A stretch of DNA of 64,000 nucleotides from assembly GCA_002269645.1 (NCBI GenBank), contig NIVC01000326.1:434001-498000 (forward strand), in the 5' to 3' direction. The notes under the pieces were generated by a model. The model did no database searches. It was not told the origin of the DNA and saw only the letters and a list, made by a program, of their open reading frames with translations. This document shows, piece by piece, positions 42,797-55,777 of this stretch. Within the stretch, counting starts at the first letter, position 1, and each line of letters begins with the position of its first letter. A program made the translations under genes and the position numbers. The DNA comes from Macrostomum lignano (taxonomy: Eukaryota).

Positions 42797-45700
42797 AATG
42801 TCAAACATAGAAGAGCCACCATGCCAAACAAAAAATAAGCACTATGTCAAACATATACGTGACTCCATGTCAACGATTAAAAAGCCACCATGTGAAACAT
42901 GGAAGAGCCACTATGTCAAAACTAAACGAGCCACCACGTCTAACATTTAAGAGCCACCATGTCAAATATTTAAGAGCCACCATGTCAAACATATATGTGA
43001 CTTTATGTCAAACATTTAAGTGTCACCATATCAAACATCAAATAGCCACTTTGTCGAACATTAAAGAGCCACCGTGTCAAACATAAAAGAGCCACCATGT
43101 TAAACATAGAAGAGCCACCATGTCAAACATAAAATAGCCACCATGTAGAATATTAAAGAGCCACCATGAAGAACATTAAAGAGCCACCGTGTCAAACATT
43201 TGGGAGCCACCATGTCAGACATTAAAAAGCCACCATGTCGAACATAAAAGAGTTACCATGTAGAACATTAAAGAGCCACCATTTCAAACAGTAAAGAGCC
43301 ACCATGTCAAACATTAAAGAGCCACTATGTCAAAACATAAAAGTGCCATCATGTCAGACATTAAAAGCCACCGTGTCAAACATAAAAGAGCCACCAGGTT
43401 AAACATTAAAGAGCCACCATGTCAAACATTTAAGAGCTACCATGTCAAACATTAAAGAGCCACTATGTCAAAACATAAAAGTGCCATCATGTCAAACCTA
43501 AAAGAGCCACCATGTCAAACATAAAAGAGCCACCATTTCGAACATTAAAGAGCCATCATTTCAAACAGTAAAGAGCCACCATGTCAAACATAAAAGAGCC
43601 ACCATTTCGAACATTAAAGAGCCATCATTTCAAACAGTAAAGAGCCACCATGTCAAACATTAAAAAGCCACTTTGTCTAACATTAAAGAGCCACCATGTC
43701 AAACATTAATAAGCCACCATGTCAAACATTTAAGAGCCACCATGTCAGACATTTAAGAGCCACCATGTCAGACATTAAAAAGCCACCGTATCAAACATAA
43801 AAGAGTTACCATGTAGAACAAAAAAAGCCACCATGTCGAACAAAAAAGAGCCACCATATAGAATATTAATTAAAGAGCCACCATGTTGAACATTATAGAG
43901 TCACCGTGTCTAACATTTAAGATCCACCATGTTAAACATAGAAGAGCCACCATGTCAAACATTTAAGAGCCACCATGTCAGACATTAAAAAGCCACCGTA
44001 TCAAACATAAAAGAGTTACCATGTAGAACATTAAAGAGCCACCATTTCAAACAGTAAAAAGCCACCATGTCGAACATAAAAGAGCCACCATGTCAAACAT
44101 TAAAAAGCCACTTTGTCTAACATTAAAGAGCCAACATGTCAAACATTAAAAAGCCACCATGTCAAACATAAAAGAGCCACCATTTCAAACATAAAATAGC
44201 CACCATGTCAGACATTAAAAAGCCACCGTATCAAACATTAAAAAGCCACCATGTCGAACATAAAAGAGCCACCATGTAGAATATTGAAGAGCCACCATGA
44301 AGAACATTAAAGAGCCACCATGTCAAACATTTAAGAGCCACCATGTCAAACATTTAAGAGCCACCATGTCAAACATTTAAGAGCCACCATCTCAAACATA
44401 TTTGTGACTTTATGTCAAACTTTAAAGAGCCACCATTTCGAACATTAAATAGCCACTATGTCAAACATTAGAGAGCCGCCGTGTCAAACATAAGGAGCCA
44501 CCAGGTTAAACATTAAAGAGCCACCATGTCAAGCAATAAAGAGCCACCATGTAAAACATAAAAGAGCCACCATGTCAGACAATAAAAGCCACCGTGTCAA
44601 ACATAAAAGAGCCACCATGTCAAGCATAGAAGAGCCACGATGTCTAACATAAAAGAACCACAATGTCGAACATAAAAGAGCCACCATGTCAAACATTAAA
44701 GAGCCACCATGTCTAACAGTAAAGAGCCACCATGTCTAACATTAAAGAGCCACCATGTCGAACATTTAAGAGCCACCATGTCTAACATTAAAGAGCCACC
44801 ATGTCAAACATAAAAGAGCCACCATGTCAAACATAAAAGAGCCACCATGTCAAACATATATGTGACTCCATGTCAAACAGTAAAGAGCCACCATGTCAAG
44901 CATAAAAGAGCCACCATGTCTAACATAAAAGAGCCACCATGTCAAACATTAAAGAGCCACCATGTCGAACATTAAAGAGCCACCATGTCCAACATATATG
45001 TGACTCCATGTCAAACATTATAGAGCCACCATGTCAAACATTAAAGTGCTACCATGTCAAACATAGAAAAGCCACCATGTCGAACATTAAAGAGCCACCA
45101 TGTCTAACATTATAGAGCCACCATGTCGAACATTAACGAGTCACCATGTCAAGTATATTCATGACTCCATGTCAAACATAAAAGAGCTACCATGAAGAAC
45201 ATTAAAGAGCCACCACGTAAAACATTAAAGAGCCATTATGTCAAACATAAAAGAGCCACCATGTCAAACATAAAAGAGCCACCATGTCAAACATTTAAGA
45301 GCCACCATGTCAGACATTTATGAGCCACCATGTCAGACATTAAAAAGCCACCGTATCAAACATAAAAGAGTTACCATGTAGAACAAAAAAAGCCACCATG
45401 TCGAACAAAAAAGAGCCACCATATAGAATATTAATTAAAGAGCCACCATGTTGAACATTATAGAGTCACCGTGTCTAACATTTAAGATCCACCATGTTAA
45501 ACATAGAAGAGCCACCATGTCAAACATTTAAGAGCCACCATGTCAGACATTAAAAAGCCACCGTATCAAACATAAAAGAGTTACCATGTAGAACATTAAA
45601 GAGCCACCATTTCAAACAGTAAAAAGCCACCATGTCGAACATAAAAGAGCCACCATGTCAAACATTAAAAAGCCACTTTGTCTAACATTAAAGAGCCAAC

Positions 45701-48700
45701 ATGTCAAACATTAAAAAGCCACCATGTCAAACATAAAAGAGCCACCATTTCAAACATAAAATAGCCACCATGTCAGACATTAAAAAGCCACCGTATCAAA
45801 CATTAAAAAGCCACCATGTCGAACATAAAAGAGCCACCATGTAGAATATTGAAGAGCCACCATGAAGAACATTAAAGAGCCACCATGTCAAACATTTAAG
45901 AGCCACCATGTCAAACATTTAAGAGCCACCATGTCAAACATTTAAGAGCCACCATCTCAAACATATTTGTGACTTTATGTCAAACTTTAAAGAGCCACCA
46001 TTTCGAACATTAAATAGCCACTATGTCAAACATTAGAGAGCCGCCGTGTCAAACATAAGGAGCCACCAGGTTAAACATTAAAGAGCCACCATGTCAAGCA
46101 ATAAAGAGCCACCATGTAAAACATAAAAGAGCCACCATGTCAGACAATAAAAGCCACCGTGTCAAACATAAAAGAGCCACCATGTCAAGCATAGAAGAGC
46201 CACGATGTCTAACATAAAAGAACCACAATGTCGAACATAAAAGAGCCACCATGTAAAACATTAAAGAGCCACCATGTCTAACAGTAAAGAGCCACCATGT
46301 CTAACATTAAAGAGCCACCATGTCGAACATTTAAGAGCCACCATGTCTAACATTAAAGAGCCACCATGTCAAACATAAAAGAGCCACCATGTCAAACATA
46401 AAAGAGCCACCATGTCAAACATATATGTGACTCCATGTCAAACAGTAAAGAGCCACCATGTCAAGCATAAAAGAGCCACCATGTCTAACATAAAAGAGCC
46501 ACCATGTCAAACATTAAAGAGCCACCATGTCGAACATTAAAGAGCCACCATGTCCAACATATATGTGACTCCATGTCAAACATTATAGAGCCACCATGTC
46601 AAACATTAAAGTGCTACCATGTCAAACATAGAAAAGCCACCATGTCGAACATTAAAGAGCCACCATGTCTAACATTATAGAGCCACCATGTCGAACATTA
46701 ACGAGTCACCATGTCAAGTATATTCATGACTCCATGTCAAACATAAAAGAGCTACCATGAAGAACATTAAAGAGCCACCACGTAAAACATTAAAGAGCCA
46801 TTATGTCAAACATAAAAGAGCCACCATGTCAAACATAAAAGAGCCACCATGTCAAACATTTAAGAGCCACCATGTCAGACATTTATGAGCCACCATGTCA
46901 GACATTAAAAAGCCACCATGTCAAACATAAAAGAGTTACCATGTAGAACAAAAAAAGCCACCATGTCGAACAAAAAAGAGCCACCATATAGAATATTAAT
47001 TAAAGAGCCACCATGTTGAACATTATAGAGTCACCGTGTCTAACATTTAAGATCCACCATGTTAAACATAGAAGAGCCACCATGTCAAAAATTTAAGAGC
47101 CACCATGTCAGACATTAAAAAGCCACCGTATCAAACATAAAAGAGTTACCATGTAGAACATTAAAGAGCCACCATTTCAAACAGTAAAAAGCCACCATGT
47201 CGAACATAAAAGAGCCACCATGTCAAACATTAAAAAGCCACTTTGTCTAACATTAAAGAGCCAACATGTCAAACATTAAAAAGCCACCATGTCAAACATA
47301 AAAGAGCCACCATTTCAAACATAAAATAGCCACCATGTCAGACATTAAAAAGCCACCGTATCAAACATTAAAAAGCCACCATGTCGAACATAAAAGAGCC
47401 ACCATGTAGAATATTGAAGAGCCACCATGAAGAACATTAAAGAGCCACCATGTCAAACATTTAAGAGCCACCATGTCAAACATTTAAGAGCCACCATGTC
47501 AAACATTTAAGAGCCACCATCTCAAACATATTTGTGACTTTATGTCAAACTTTAAAGAGCCACCATTTCGAACATTAAATAGCCACTATGTCAAACATTA
47601 GAGAGCCGCCGTGTCAAACATAAGGAGCCACCAGGTTAAACATTAAAGAGCCACCATGTCAAGCAATAAAGAGCCACCATGTAAAACATAAAAGAGCCAC
47701 CATGTCAGACAATAAAAGCCACCGTGTCAAACATAAAAGAGCCACCATGTCAAGCATAGAAGAGCCACGATGTCTAACATAAAAGAACCACAATGTCGAA
47801 CATAAAAGAGCCACCATGTCAAACATTAAAGAGCCACCATGTCTAACAGTAAAGAGCCACCATGTCTAACATTAAAGAGCCACCATGTCGAACATTTAAG
47901 AGCCACCATGTCTAACATTAAAGAGCCACCATGTCAAACATAAAAGAGCCACCATGTCAAACATAAAAGAGCCACCATGTCAAACATATATGTGACTCCA
48001 TGTCAAACAGTAAAGAGCCACCATGTCAAGCATAAAATAGCCACCATGTAGAATATTAAAGAGCCACCATGAAGAACATTAAAGAGCCACCGTGTCGAAC
48101 ATTAAAGAGCCACCATGTCCAACATATATGTGACTCCATGTCAAACATTATAGAGCCACCATGTCAAACATTAAAGTGCTACCATGTCAAACATAGAAAA
48201 GCCACCATGTCGAACATTAAAGAGCCACCATGTCTAACATTATAGAGCCACCATGTCGAACATTAACGAGTCACCATGTCAAGTATATTCATGACTCCAT
48301 GTCAAACATAAAAGAGCTACCATGAAGAACATTAAAGAGCCACCACGTAAAACATTAAAGAGCCATTATGTCAAACATAAAAGAGCCACCATGTCAAACA
48401 TAAAAGAGCCACCATGTCAAACATTTAAGAGCCACCATGTCAGACATTTATGAGCCACCATGTCAGACATTAAAAAGCCACCGTATCAAACATAAAAGAG
48501 TTACCATGTAGAACAAAAAAGCCACCATGTCGAACAAAAAAGAGCCACCATATAGAATATTAATTAAAGAGCCACCATGTTGAACATTATAGAGTCACCG
48601 TGTCTAACATTTAAGATCCACCATGTTAAACATAGAAGAGCCACCATGTCAAACATTTAAGAGCCACCATGTCAGACATTAAAAAGCCACCGTATCAAAC

Positions 48701-51700
48701 ATAAAAGAGTTACCATGTAGAACATTAAAGAGCCACCATTTCAAACAGTAAAAAGCCACCATGTCGAACATAAAAGAGCCACCATGTCAAACATTAAAAA
48801 GCCACTTTGTCTAACATTAAAGAGCCAACATGTCAAACATTAAAAAGCCACCATGTCAAACATAAAAGAGCCACCATTTCAAACATAAAATAGCCACCAT
48901 GTCAGACATTAAAAAGCCACCGTATCAAACATTAAAAAGCCACCATGTCGAACATAAAAGAACCACCATGTAGAACATTAAAGAGCCACCATGTCAAACA
49001 TTTAAGAGCCACCATGTCAAACATTTAAGAGCCACCATGTCAAACATTTAAGAGCCACCATCTCAAACATATATGTGACTCCATGTCAAACAGTAAAGAG
49101 CCACCATGTCAAGCATAAAAGAGCCACCATGTCTAACATAAAAGAGCCACCATGTCAAACATTAAAGAGCCACCATGTCGAACATTAAAGAGCCACCATG
49201 TCCAACATATATGTGACTCCATGTCAAACATTATAGAGCCACCATGTCAAACATTAAAGTGCTACCATGTCAAACATAGAAAAGCCACCATGTCGAACAT
49301 TAAAGAGCCACCATGTCTAACATTATAGAGCCACCATGTCGAACATTAACGAGTCACCATGTCAAGTATATTCATGACTCCATGTCAAAGATAAAAGAGC
49401 TACCATGAAGAACATTAAAGAGCCACCACGTAAAACATTAAAGAGCTATTATGTCAAACATAAAAGAGCCACCATGTCAAACATAAAAGAGCCACCATGT
49501 CAAACATTATAGAGCCACCATGTCGAACATTAAAGAGCCACCATGTCGAACATTAGAGAGCCAACATGTCTAACATTAAAGAGCCACCATGTCTTTTAAC
49601 ATTAAAAAGCCACCATGTCAAAAATTAAAGAGCCACCAAGTCTAACATTAAAGAGCCACCAGTAAAAAATTATAGAGCCACAATGTCTAACATTAAAGAG
49701 CCTTCATGTCGAACATTAAAGAGCCACCATGTCTAACATTATAGAGCCACCATGTCGAACATTAAAGAGCCACCATGTCAAACATTAAAGAGCCACCATG
49801 TCTAACAGTAAAGAGCCACCATGTCTAACATTAAAGAGCCACCATGTCGAACATTTAAGAGCCACCATGTCTAACATTAAAGAGCCACCATGTCAAACAT
49901 AAAAGAGCCACCATGTCAAACATAAAAGAGCCACCATGTCAAACATATATGTGACTCCATGTCAAACAGTAAAGAGCCACCATGTCAAGCATAAAAGAGC
50001 CACCATGTCTAACATAAAAGAGCCACCATGTCAAACATAAAAGAGCCACCATGTCGAACATTAAAGAGCCACCATGTCCAACATATATGTGACTCCATGT
50101 CAAACATTATAGAGCCACCATGTCAAACATTAAAGTGCTACCATGTCAAACATAGAAAAGCCACCATGTCGAACATTAAAGAGCCACCATGTCTAACATT
50201 ATAGAGCCACCATGTCGAACATTAACGAGTCACCATGTCAAGTATATTCATGACTCCATGTCAAACATAAAAGAGCTACCATGAAGAACATTAAAGAGCC
50301 ACCACGTAAAACATTAAAGAGCCATTATGTCAAACATAAAAGAGCCACCATGTCAAACATTAATAAGCCACCATGTCAAACATTTAAGAGCCACCATGTC
50401 AGACATTTATGAGCCACCATGTCAGACATTAAAAAGCCACCGTATCAAACATAAAAGAGTTACCATGTAGAACAAAAAAGCCACCATGTCGAACAAAAAA
50501 GAGCCACCATATAGAATATTAATTAAAGAGCCACCATGTTGAACATTATAGAGTCACCGTGTCTAACATTTAAGATCCACCATGTTAAACATAGAAGAGC
50601 CACCATGTCAAACATTTAAGAGCCACCATGTCAGACATTAAAAAGCCACCGTATCAAACATAAAAGAGTTACCATGTAGAACATTAAAGAGCCACCATTT
50701 CAAACAGTAAAAAGCCACCATGTCGAACATAAAAGAGCCACCATGTCAAACATTAAAAAGCCACTTTGTCTAACATTAAAGAGCCAACATGTCAAACATT
50801 AAAAAGCCACCATGTCAAAAATAAAAGAGCCACCATTTCAAACATAAAATAGCCACCATGTCAGACATTAAAAAGCCACCGTATCAAACATTAAAAAGCC
50901 ACCATGTCGAACATTAAAGAGCCACCATGTAGAACATTAAAGAGCCACCATGTCAAACATTTAAGAGCCACCATGTCAAACATTTAAGAGCCACCATGTC
51001 AAACATTTAAGAGCCACCATCTCAAACATATATGTGACTCCATGTCAAACAGTAAAGAGCCACCATGTCAAGCATAAAAGAGCCACCATGTCTAACATAA
51101 AAGAGCCACCATGTCAAACATTAAAGAGCCACCATGTCGAACATTAAAGAGCCACCATGTCCAACATATATGTGACTCCATGTCAAACATTATAGAGCCA
51201 CCATGTCAAACATTAAAGTGCTACCATGTCAAACATAGAAAAGCCACCATGTCGAACATTAAAGAGCCACCATGTCTAACATTATAGAGCCACCATGTCG
51301 AACATTAACGAGTCACCATGTCAAGTATATTCATGACTCCATGTCAAACATAAAAGAGCTACCATGAAGAACATTAAAGAGCCACCACGTAAAACATTAA
51401 AGAGCTATTATGTCAAACATAAAAGAGCCACCATGTCAAACATAAAAGAGCCACCATGTCAAACATTATAGAGCCACCATGTCGAACATTAAAGAGCCAC
51501 CATGTCGAACATTAGAGAGCCAACATGTCTAACATTAAAGAGCCACCATGTCTTTTAACATTAAAAAGCCACCATGTCAAAAATTAAAGAGCCACCAAGT
51601 CTAACATTAAAGAGCCACCAGTAAAAAATTATAGAGCCACAATGTCTAACATTAAAGAGCCTTCATGTCGAACATTAAAGAGCCACCATGTCTAACATTA

Positions 51701-52425
51701 TAGAGCCACCATGTCGAACATTAAAGAGCCACCATTTCAAACATTAAAGAGCCATCATTACATTAAGGTGCCACCAGGTCAAACATTAAAGAGCCACCAT
51801 GTCTAACATTGAAGAGCCACCATGTCAAACATAAAAGAGCCACCATGTCAAACATAAAACAGCCACCATGTCAAACATTAAAGAGCCACCATGTCTAACA
51901 TTATAGAGCCACCATGTCGAACATTAAAGAGCCACCATTTCAAACATTAAAGAGCCATCATTACATTAAGGTGCCACCAGGTCAAACATTAAAGAGCCAC
52001 CATGTCTAACATAAAAGAGCCACCATGTCAAACATTAAAGAGCCACCATATCAAACATTAAAGAGCCACCATATCAAACATTAAAGAGCCACCATATCAA
52101 ACATTAAAGAGCCACCAAGTCAAACTTAAAACAGCCACCATGTCAAACATAAAAGAGCCACCATGTCAAACATATATGTGACTCCATGTCAAACAGTAAA
52201 GAGCCACCATGTCAAGCATAAAAGAGCCACCATGTCTAACAGTAAAGAGCCACCATGTCAAGCATAAAAGAGCCACCATGTCGAATATAAAAGAACCACC
52301 ATGTCAAACATTAAAGAGCCATATTGTCAAACATTAAAGAGCCACCATGTCGAACATTAAAGGGCCACCATGTAGAACATAAAAGAGCTACCATGTCAAA
52401 CATTAAAGAGCCACCATGTCAAACA
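42797..52425. repeat. 23-bp satellite, ~420 copies, with a ~1565-bp higher-order repeat
   Basis: Variant marker ATATAGAATATTAATT at 43856, 45421, 46986, 48550 and 50509; marker AAGTATATTC at 45151, 46716, 48281, 49364, 50240 and 51323. Confidence 0.95.
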
Positions 52426-52654
52426 TAAAATTTACACAATTTCAAACGTAAACGTAAGCGTCATGCCAATTTTAAAGGAGCCACTATAGAGCTAAGGAAA
52501 TTGTAGCACTAGCTACTTATTGTATGGTGGATGCTTACTATTTGGGGATGCTTGCTATTTGGGCGATGCTTGCAATCTGGGGGATGCTTGCTATCTGGGG
52601 GATGCTTGCTGTCTGGGGGATGCTTGCAATCTGGGGGATGCTTGCTATCTGGGG

Positions 52655-55041
52655 TGTAGTGCGCTTGTGTGCTGAGAAAATCATGGTCTCATGGACCGTA
52701 TATTTGAGCTACTATATAGTATCACTGCCGACGTGCGGCTACAATGTTACGCAATAGTTGAGGGACAAGTCAGTGCACGTTGGTCGAGAGGGCCATAGTT
52801 AGTCATCACAGAAGAGTAAAGGCATAGACTGGGCGTACACTACATCTCTCCCCCAACCAAAAAAGTACAAAGTGTGTAATTCGATTAACGGAGATAAACG
52901 GAACGAGATTTCGGAACAGTTGTGTTAAATTTACGTTGGGTGAAATTTACGTATGCATGTACATGTGATACGAGCGTAATTAGTAGTCTGCAGTCTGCAG
53001 TTAGTAGGATGATGCTCTGTTTTGCTGGCCTTGTGGTTTGCTGACGTGCTGTCGTGGGGCCAGTGGACCTCCCAAATGCCGTCGCACCCTTCGGTCACCT
53101 GGCGGAGCGCCGATCGAAATTAGCGGCGTGCGCCGTCTGGTCACCAGCTTCCAGCCGGGCTCGGACGGCTGCTGAACGTCTGCTGTGTCTGCCGGCTGCT
53201 GTTGGCCGGCTGAGAGCGTCTCGCTCGCGCCAACGCCTCCGATGTCCTGGCGCTGGCGTCTCCTTGACACAGCCGCCTGCGCCTGCCGCGCCATGCCAGG
53301 CCACCAGAATTTCCTTCTCAGCCGGTCGATGGCCTTCCTCCTGCCGAATTGACCCTGGTGGGCCCAACTGACGGTCTGCTGCTGAAGCGCTGCGGGTACA
53401 ACGATTCTGTTGCCCCTGAGCAGCACGCCGTCACGCACCTGAAGCTCCCCCTTGAGCGAGTGGAAGCTGCCGGCCTGGGCTGTAGCGCCAGAGCGCCAGT
53501 TGCCAGTTGCCAACGCCTGCATGACGAAGGTCAGAGCCGGGTCCCCCGCTGTGGCATCGCGGACGCTCTTGATGGTCGGGCCTTCCGGTGCGGACTTGAC
53601 GGAGTTGAGCTGCTGCAGCGGTACGTTGTCCTGGACTGGTTGCGCGTTTAGAGAATCGCTCAGACTTGTTGCCTTTCTGGCCGGTGCCCAGGCCTGCGTC
53701 CCCAGACTCAGCAGCTGCAGGGATGTAGAGGTTGCACGGCCGAGCACGCTGGTGCCGGTCCCTGGGACGATGATGAAGCTGGCGCGCCGGACCATTGAGC
53801 CAACCGAAACCTGCAGGCTGCAGGCTCCCACAGTGCGCAGAGGTTTAGCTGAACGAAATGAGAAAATCTTCTTTGTCGTCGGCTGCAGGCCTGGGGGTCC
53901 CGGGAGCTCTCGCCAGGCTGCCTCGGTGAGGATGTTACAGTCGGCTCCGCTGTCCACCAGCACCTGCACTGGAGTCGCTTCCACCAGCACCGTGGCAAGA
54001 GCCGCTGTTGCGTTCGTGTCGGAGGCCATCACGGTCAGGCAGAAGACGTCGTCCTCTTCGCCCGAACTGTCGCTGCCGACCCGCAGAGCTCGCACGTCCT
54101 CCGGCCGGGACAGGCAGGCCTTGGCGAGGTGATTCGGCTTGCCGCATCGGTTGCAGGTCTTGCCTACCGCTGCGCTGCAGCTGCGGTGGCCGAAGTTGCC
54201 GCAGCGGATGCACTTTGGTTGCGTGCGATCGGCTGCCTGCGTGGCTGATCTCTGCGGCTGCCCTGGCGGGCTGGACTCGCGCTTCCGCAGCCGCTGCACG
54301 GTCACTGCGCTGGTCTCCATGAGGCTGGCCTGCGCCTCCGCTGCCTCCATGGCCCTGGCCACCCGGACCGCCTGGCCCAGGTCCACGTTGTCCATGGCCA
54401 GCAGCTTCCTGCGGAGCTGCTCGGAGCTGCAGCCGGCGATCAGCTGGTCACGGATCAGCGAGTCCCGGAGGCCTTCGAATTTGCAACAGTCCGCGGTGTT
54501 GTTGAGCCGCCGCAGCCAGTCGTCCAGGGACTCTCCGGTCTGCTGGGTGCACAGCCGGAACTGGTAGCGGGTGAAGGGCAGGTTGAGCTGGCTGGTGAAG
54601 TGCTCATTGAGAGCCTTGATGAGCTTGTCGACGTCATCATCGGTGACGGCGAGTCCGGCTGCAACGGCCTGCAGGTCCTCGCCCGCTGTGTATAGAAGGA
54701 GTTGGCGAAGTCGCTTCTTGTCAGAGATATCAGCAGCCGCGGCGAACAGCTGGAACTGAGCCAGCCACTTGCTCCACTTCGTATGTGCCGCATGGGGCTC
54801 CTCGCGCAAGTTCAATGTGGGCGGTATGGGTAGGCTTGCTTGCGACGCCATTGTAGTGCGCTTGTGTGCTGAGAAAATCATGGTCTCATGGACCGTATAT
54901 TTGAGCTACTATATAGTATCACTGCCGACGTGCGGCTACAATGTTACGCAATAGTTGAGGGACAAGTCAGTGCACGTTGGTCGAGAGGGCTATAGTTATT
55001 CATCACAGAAGAGTAAAGGCATAGACTGGGCGTACACTACA
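52655..55041 (-). mobile_element. Internally deleted Gypsy-type LTR retrotransposon (2387 bp)
   Basis: 190-bp LTRs at 52655-52844 and 54852-55041 (TGTAGTG...CACTACA, 2 mismatches); 5-bp TSD TGGGG; PBS-like TGGCG after the 5' LTR; PPT GGGGGAGAGA before the 3' LTR. Confidence 0.95.
53001..54851 (-). CDS. Gag (two zinc knuckles), aspartic protease and degenerate integrase N-terminal region (616 aa); no RT, RNase H or integrase core
   Basis: W.KW..QF..F, RYQFRLCTQQTGES, IRDQLIAG, CNRCGKPNHLAKAC, LVDSGADCNIL, GVLLRGNRIVVP..AHQGQFG..WWPGM. Confidence 0.9.
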   Translation of the reverse strand: MASQASLPIPPTLNLREEPHAAHTKWSKWLAQFQLFAAAADISDKKRLRQLLLYTAGEDLQAVAAGLAVTDDDVDKLIKALNEHFTSQLNLPFTRYQFRLCTQQTGESLDDWLRRLNNTADCCKFEGLRDSLIRDQLIAGCSSEQLRRKLLAMDNVDLGQAVRVARAMEAAEAQASLMETSAVTVQRLRKRESSPPGQPQRSATQAADRTQPKCIRCGNFGHRSCSAAVGKTCNRCGKPNHLAKACLSRPEDVRALRVGSDSSGEEDDVFCLTVMASDTNATAALATVLVEATPVQVLVDSGADCNILTEAAWRELPGPPGLQPTTKKIFSFRSAKPLRTVGACSLQVSVGSMVRRASFIIVPGTGTSVLGRATSTSLQLLSLGTQAWAPARKATSLSDSLNAQPVQDNVPLQQLNSVKSAPEGPTIKSVRDATAGDPALTFVMQALATGNWRSGATAQAGSFHSLKGELQVRDGVLLRGNRIVVPAALQQQTVSWAHQGQFGRRKAIDRLRRKFWWPGMARQAQAAVSRRRQRQDIGGVGASETLSAGQQQPADTADVQQPSEPGWKLVTRRRTPLISIGAPPGDRRVRRHLGGPLAPRQHVSKPQGQQNRASSY

Positions 55042-55577
55042 TGGGGGATGCTTGCTGTCTGGGGGATGCTTGCAATCTGGGGGATGCTTGCTATCTGGGG
55101 GATGCTTGCTGTCTTGGGATGATTTCTTTTTGCATTACACTTTATTTGAGCAGTTTGTCTGTCGTCTTTGTGAAGGCTTTTTTGGCTGTCTTTTTGTTAC
55201 TTGTAGAGAACAGAGATTCTATACAGATGTCCCCCAACGGGGGGCGAAGATTGCTAGTTTTTATCTATTTCTCGAAATTCTATTTCGAATAATTTAGTCT
55301 ATTTCAATTCTTCAATTAAACTCAAATGGATAAAAAATTTATCGAAAAATTGTTATAATGGGAGCAATGGACCAAGCCGTCCATTGGAGTCGTCCAGCAG
55401 CCCGCCAACGTCCAGCAGTGGAAGAAAATGCGGGCCGGGCGAGAGTACATCTGCCCGTTTAGCAACTGCTTGCGCATCAAAGAGTCTCGGTTTAACGAGC
55501 ATATGAATAGGACTCATTCGCCTGTGCTGGAAAGTACAAAGGAAAAGCTGGCAGCGGCTGCACAGCTACCGGCAGAG

Positions 55578-55777
55578 TTTTTTTATTAGAGGCAGGGGGT
55601 TGTGTGCACCCTGGCGCACTTTAAGCGACATCAACACACAACCGGCGAGAGGCATTACTGCCCATTCCGCCGACTCCCCTGAGCAGGCATACAAGCGCGC
55701 GGATACGTACGCAGGCACACACTCACACAGGAGTGTACAGCGGCCCTAACTTTATTTTATCGTTAGGCATGTACACT
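55578..55777 (-). mobile_element. 5'-truncated copy of the tRNA-derived SINE
   Basis: Near-identical to 28552-28757. Confidence 0.88.

Larger units (their letters stand above)
42212..55257 (+). mobile_element. Non-autonomous Helitron B, copy 2 (expanded satellite, Gypsy insertion)
   Basis: CTAG|TC junction with copy 1; same 5' ~600 bp and same 3' hairpin and CTAG, followed by T at 55258. Confidence 0.85.

Noticed and set aside
39763-52425. CRISPR-like appearance of the 23-bp array (also the 43-bp and 50-bp arrays)
   Set aside because: Monomers are contiguous with no unique spacers, there are no cas genes, and the context is eukaryotic.
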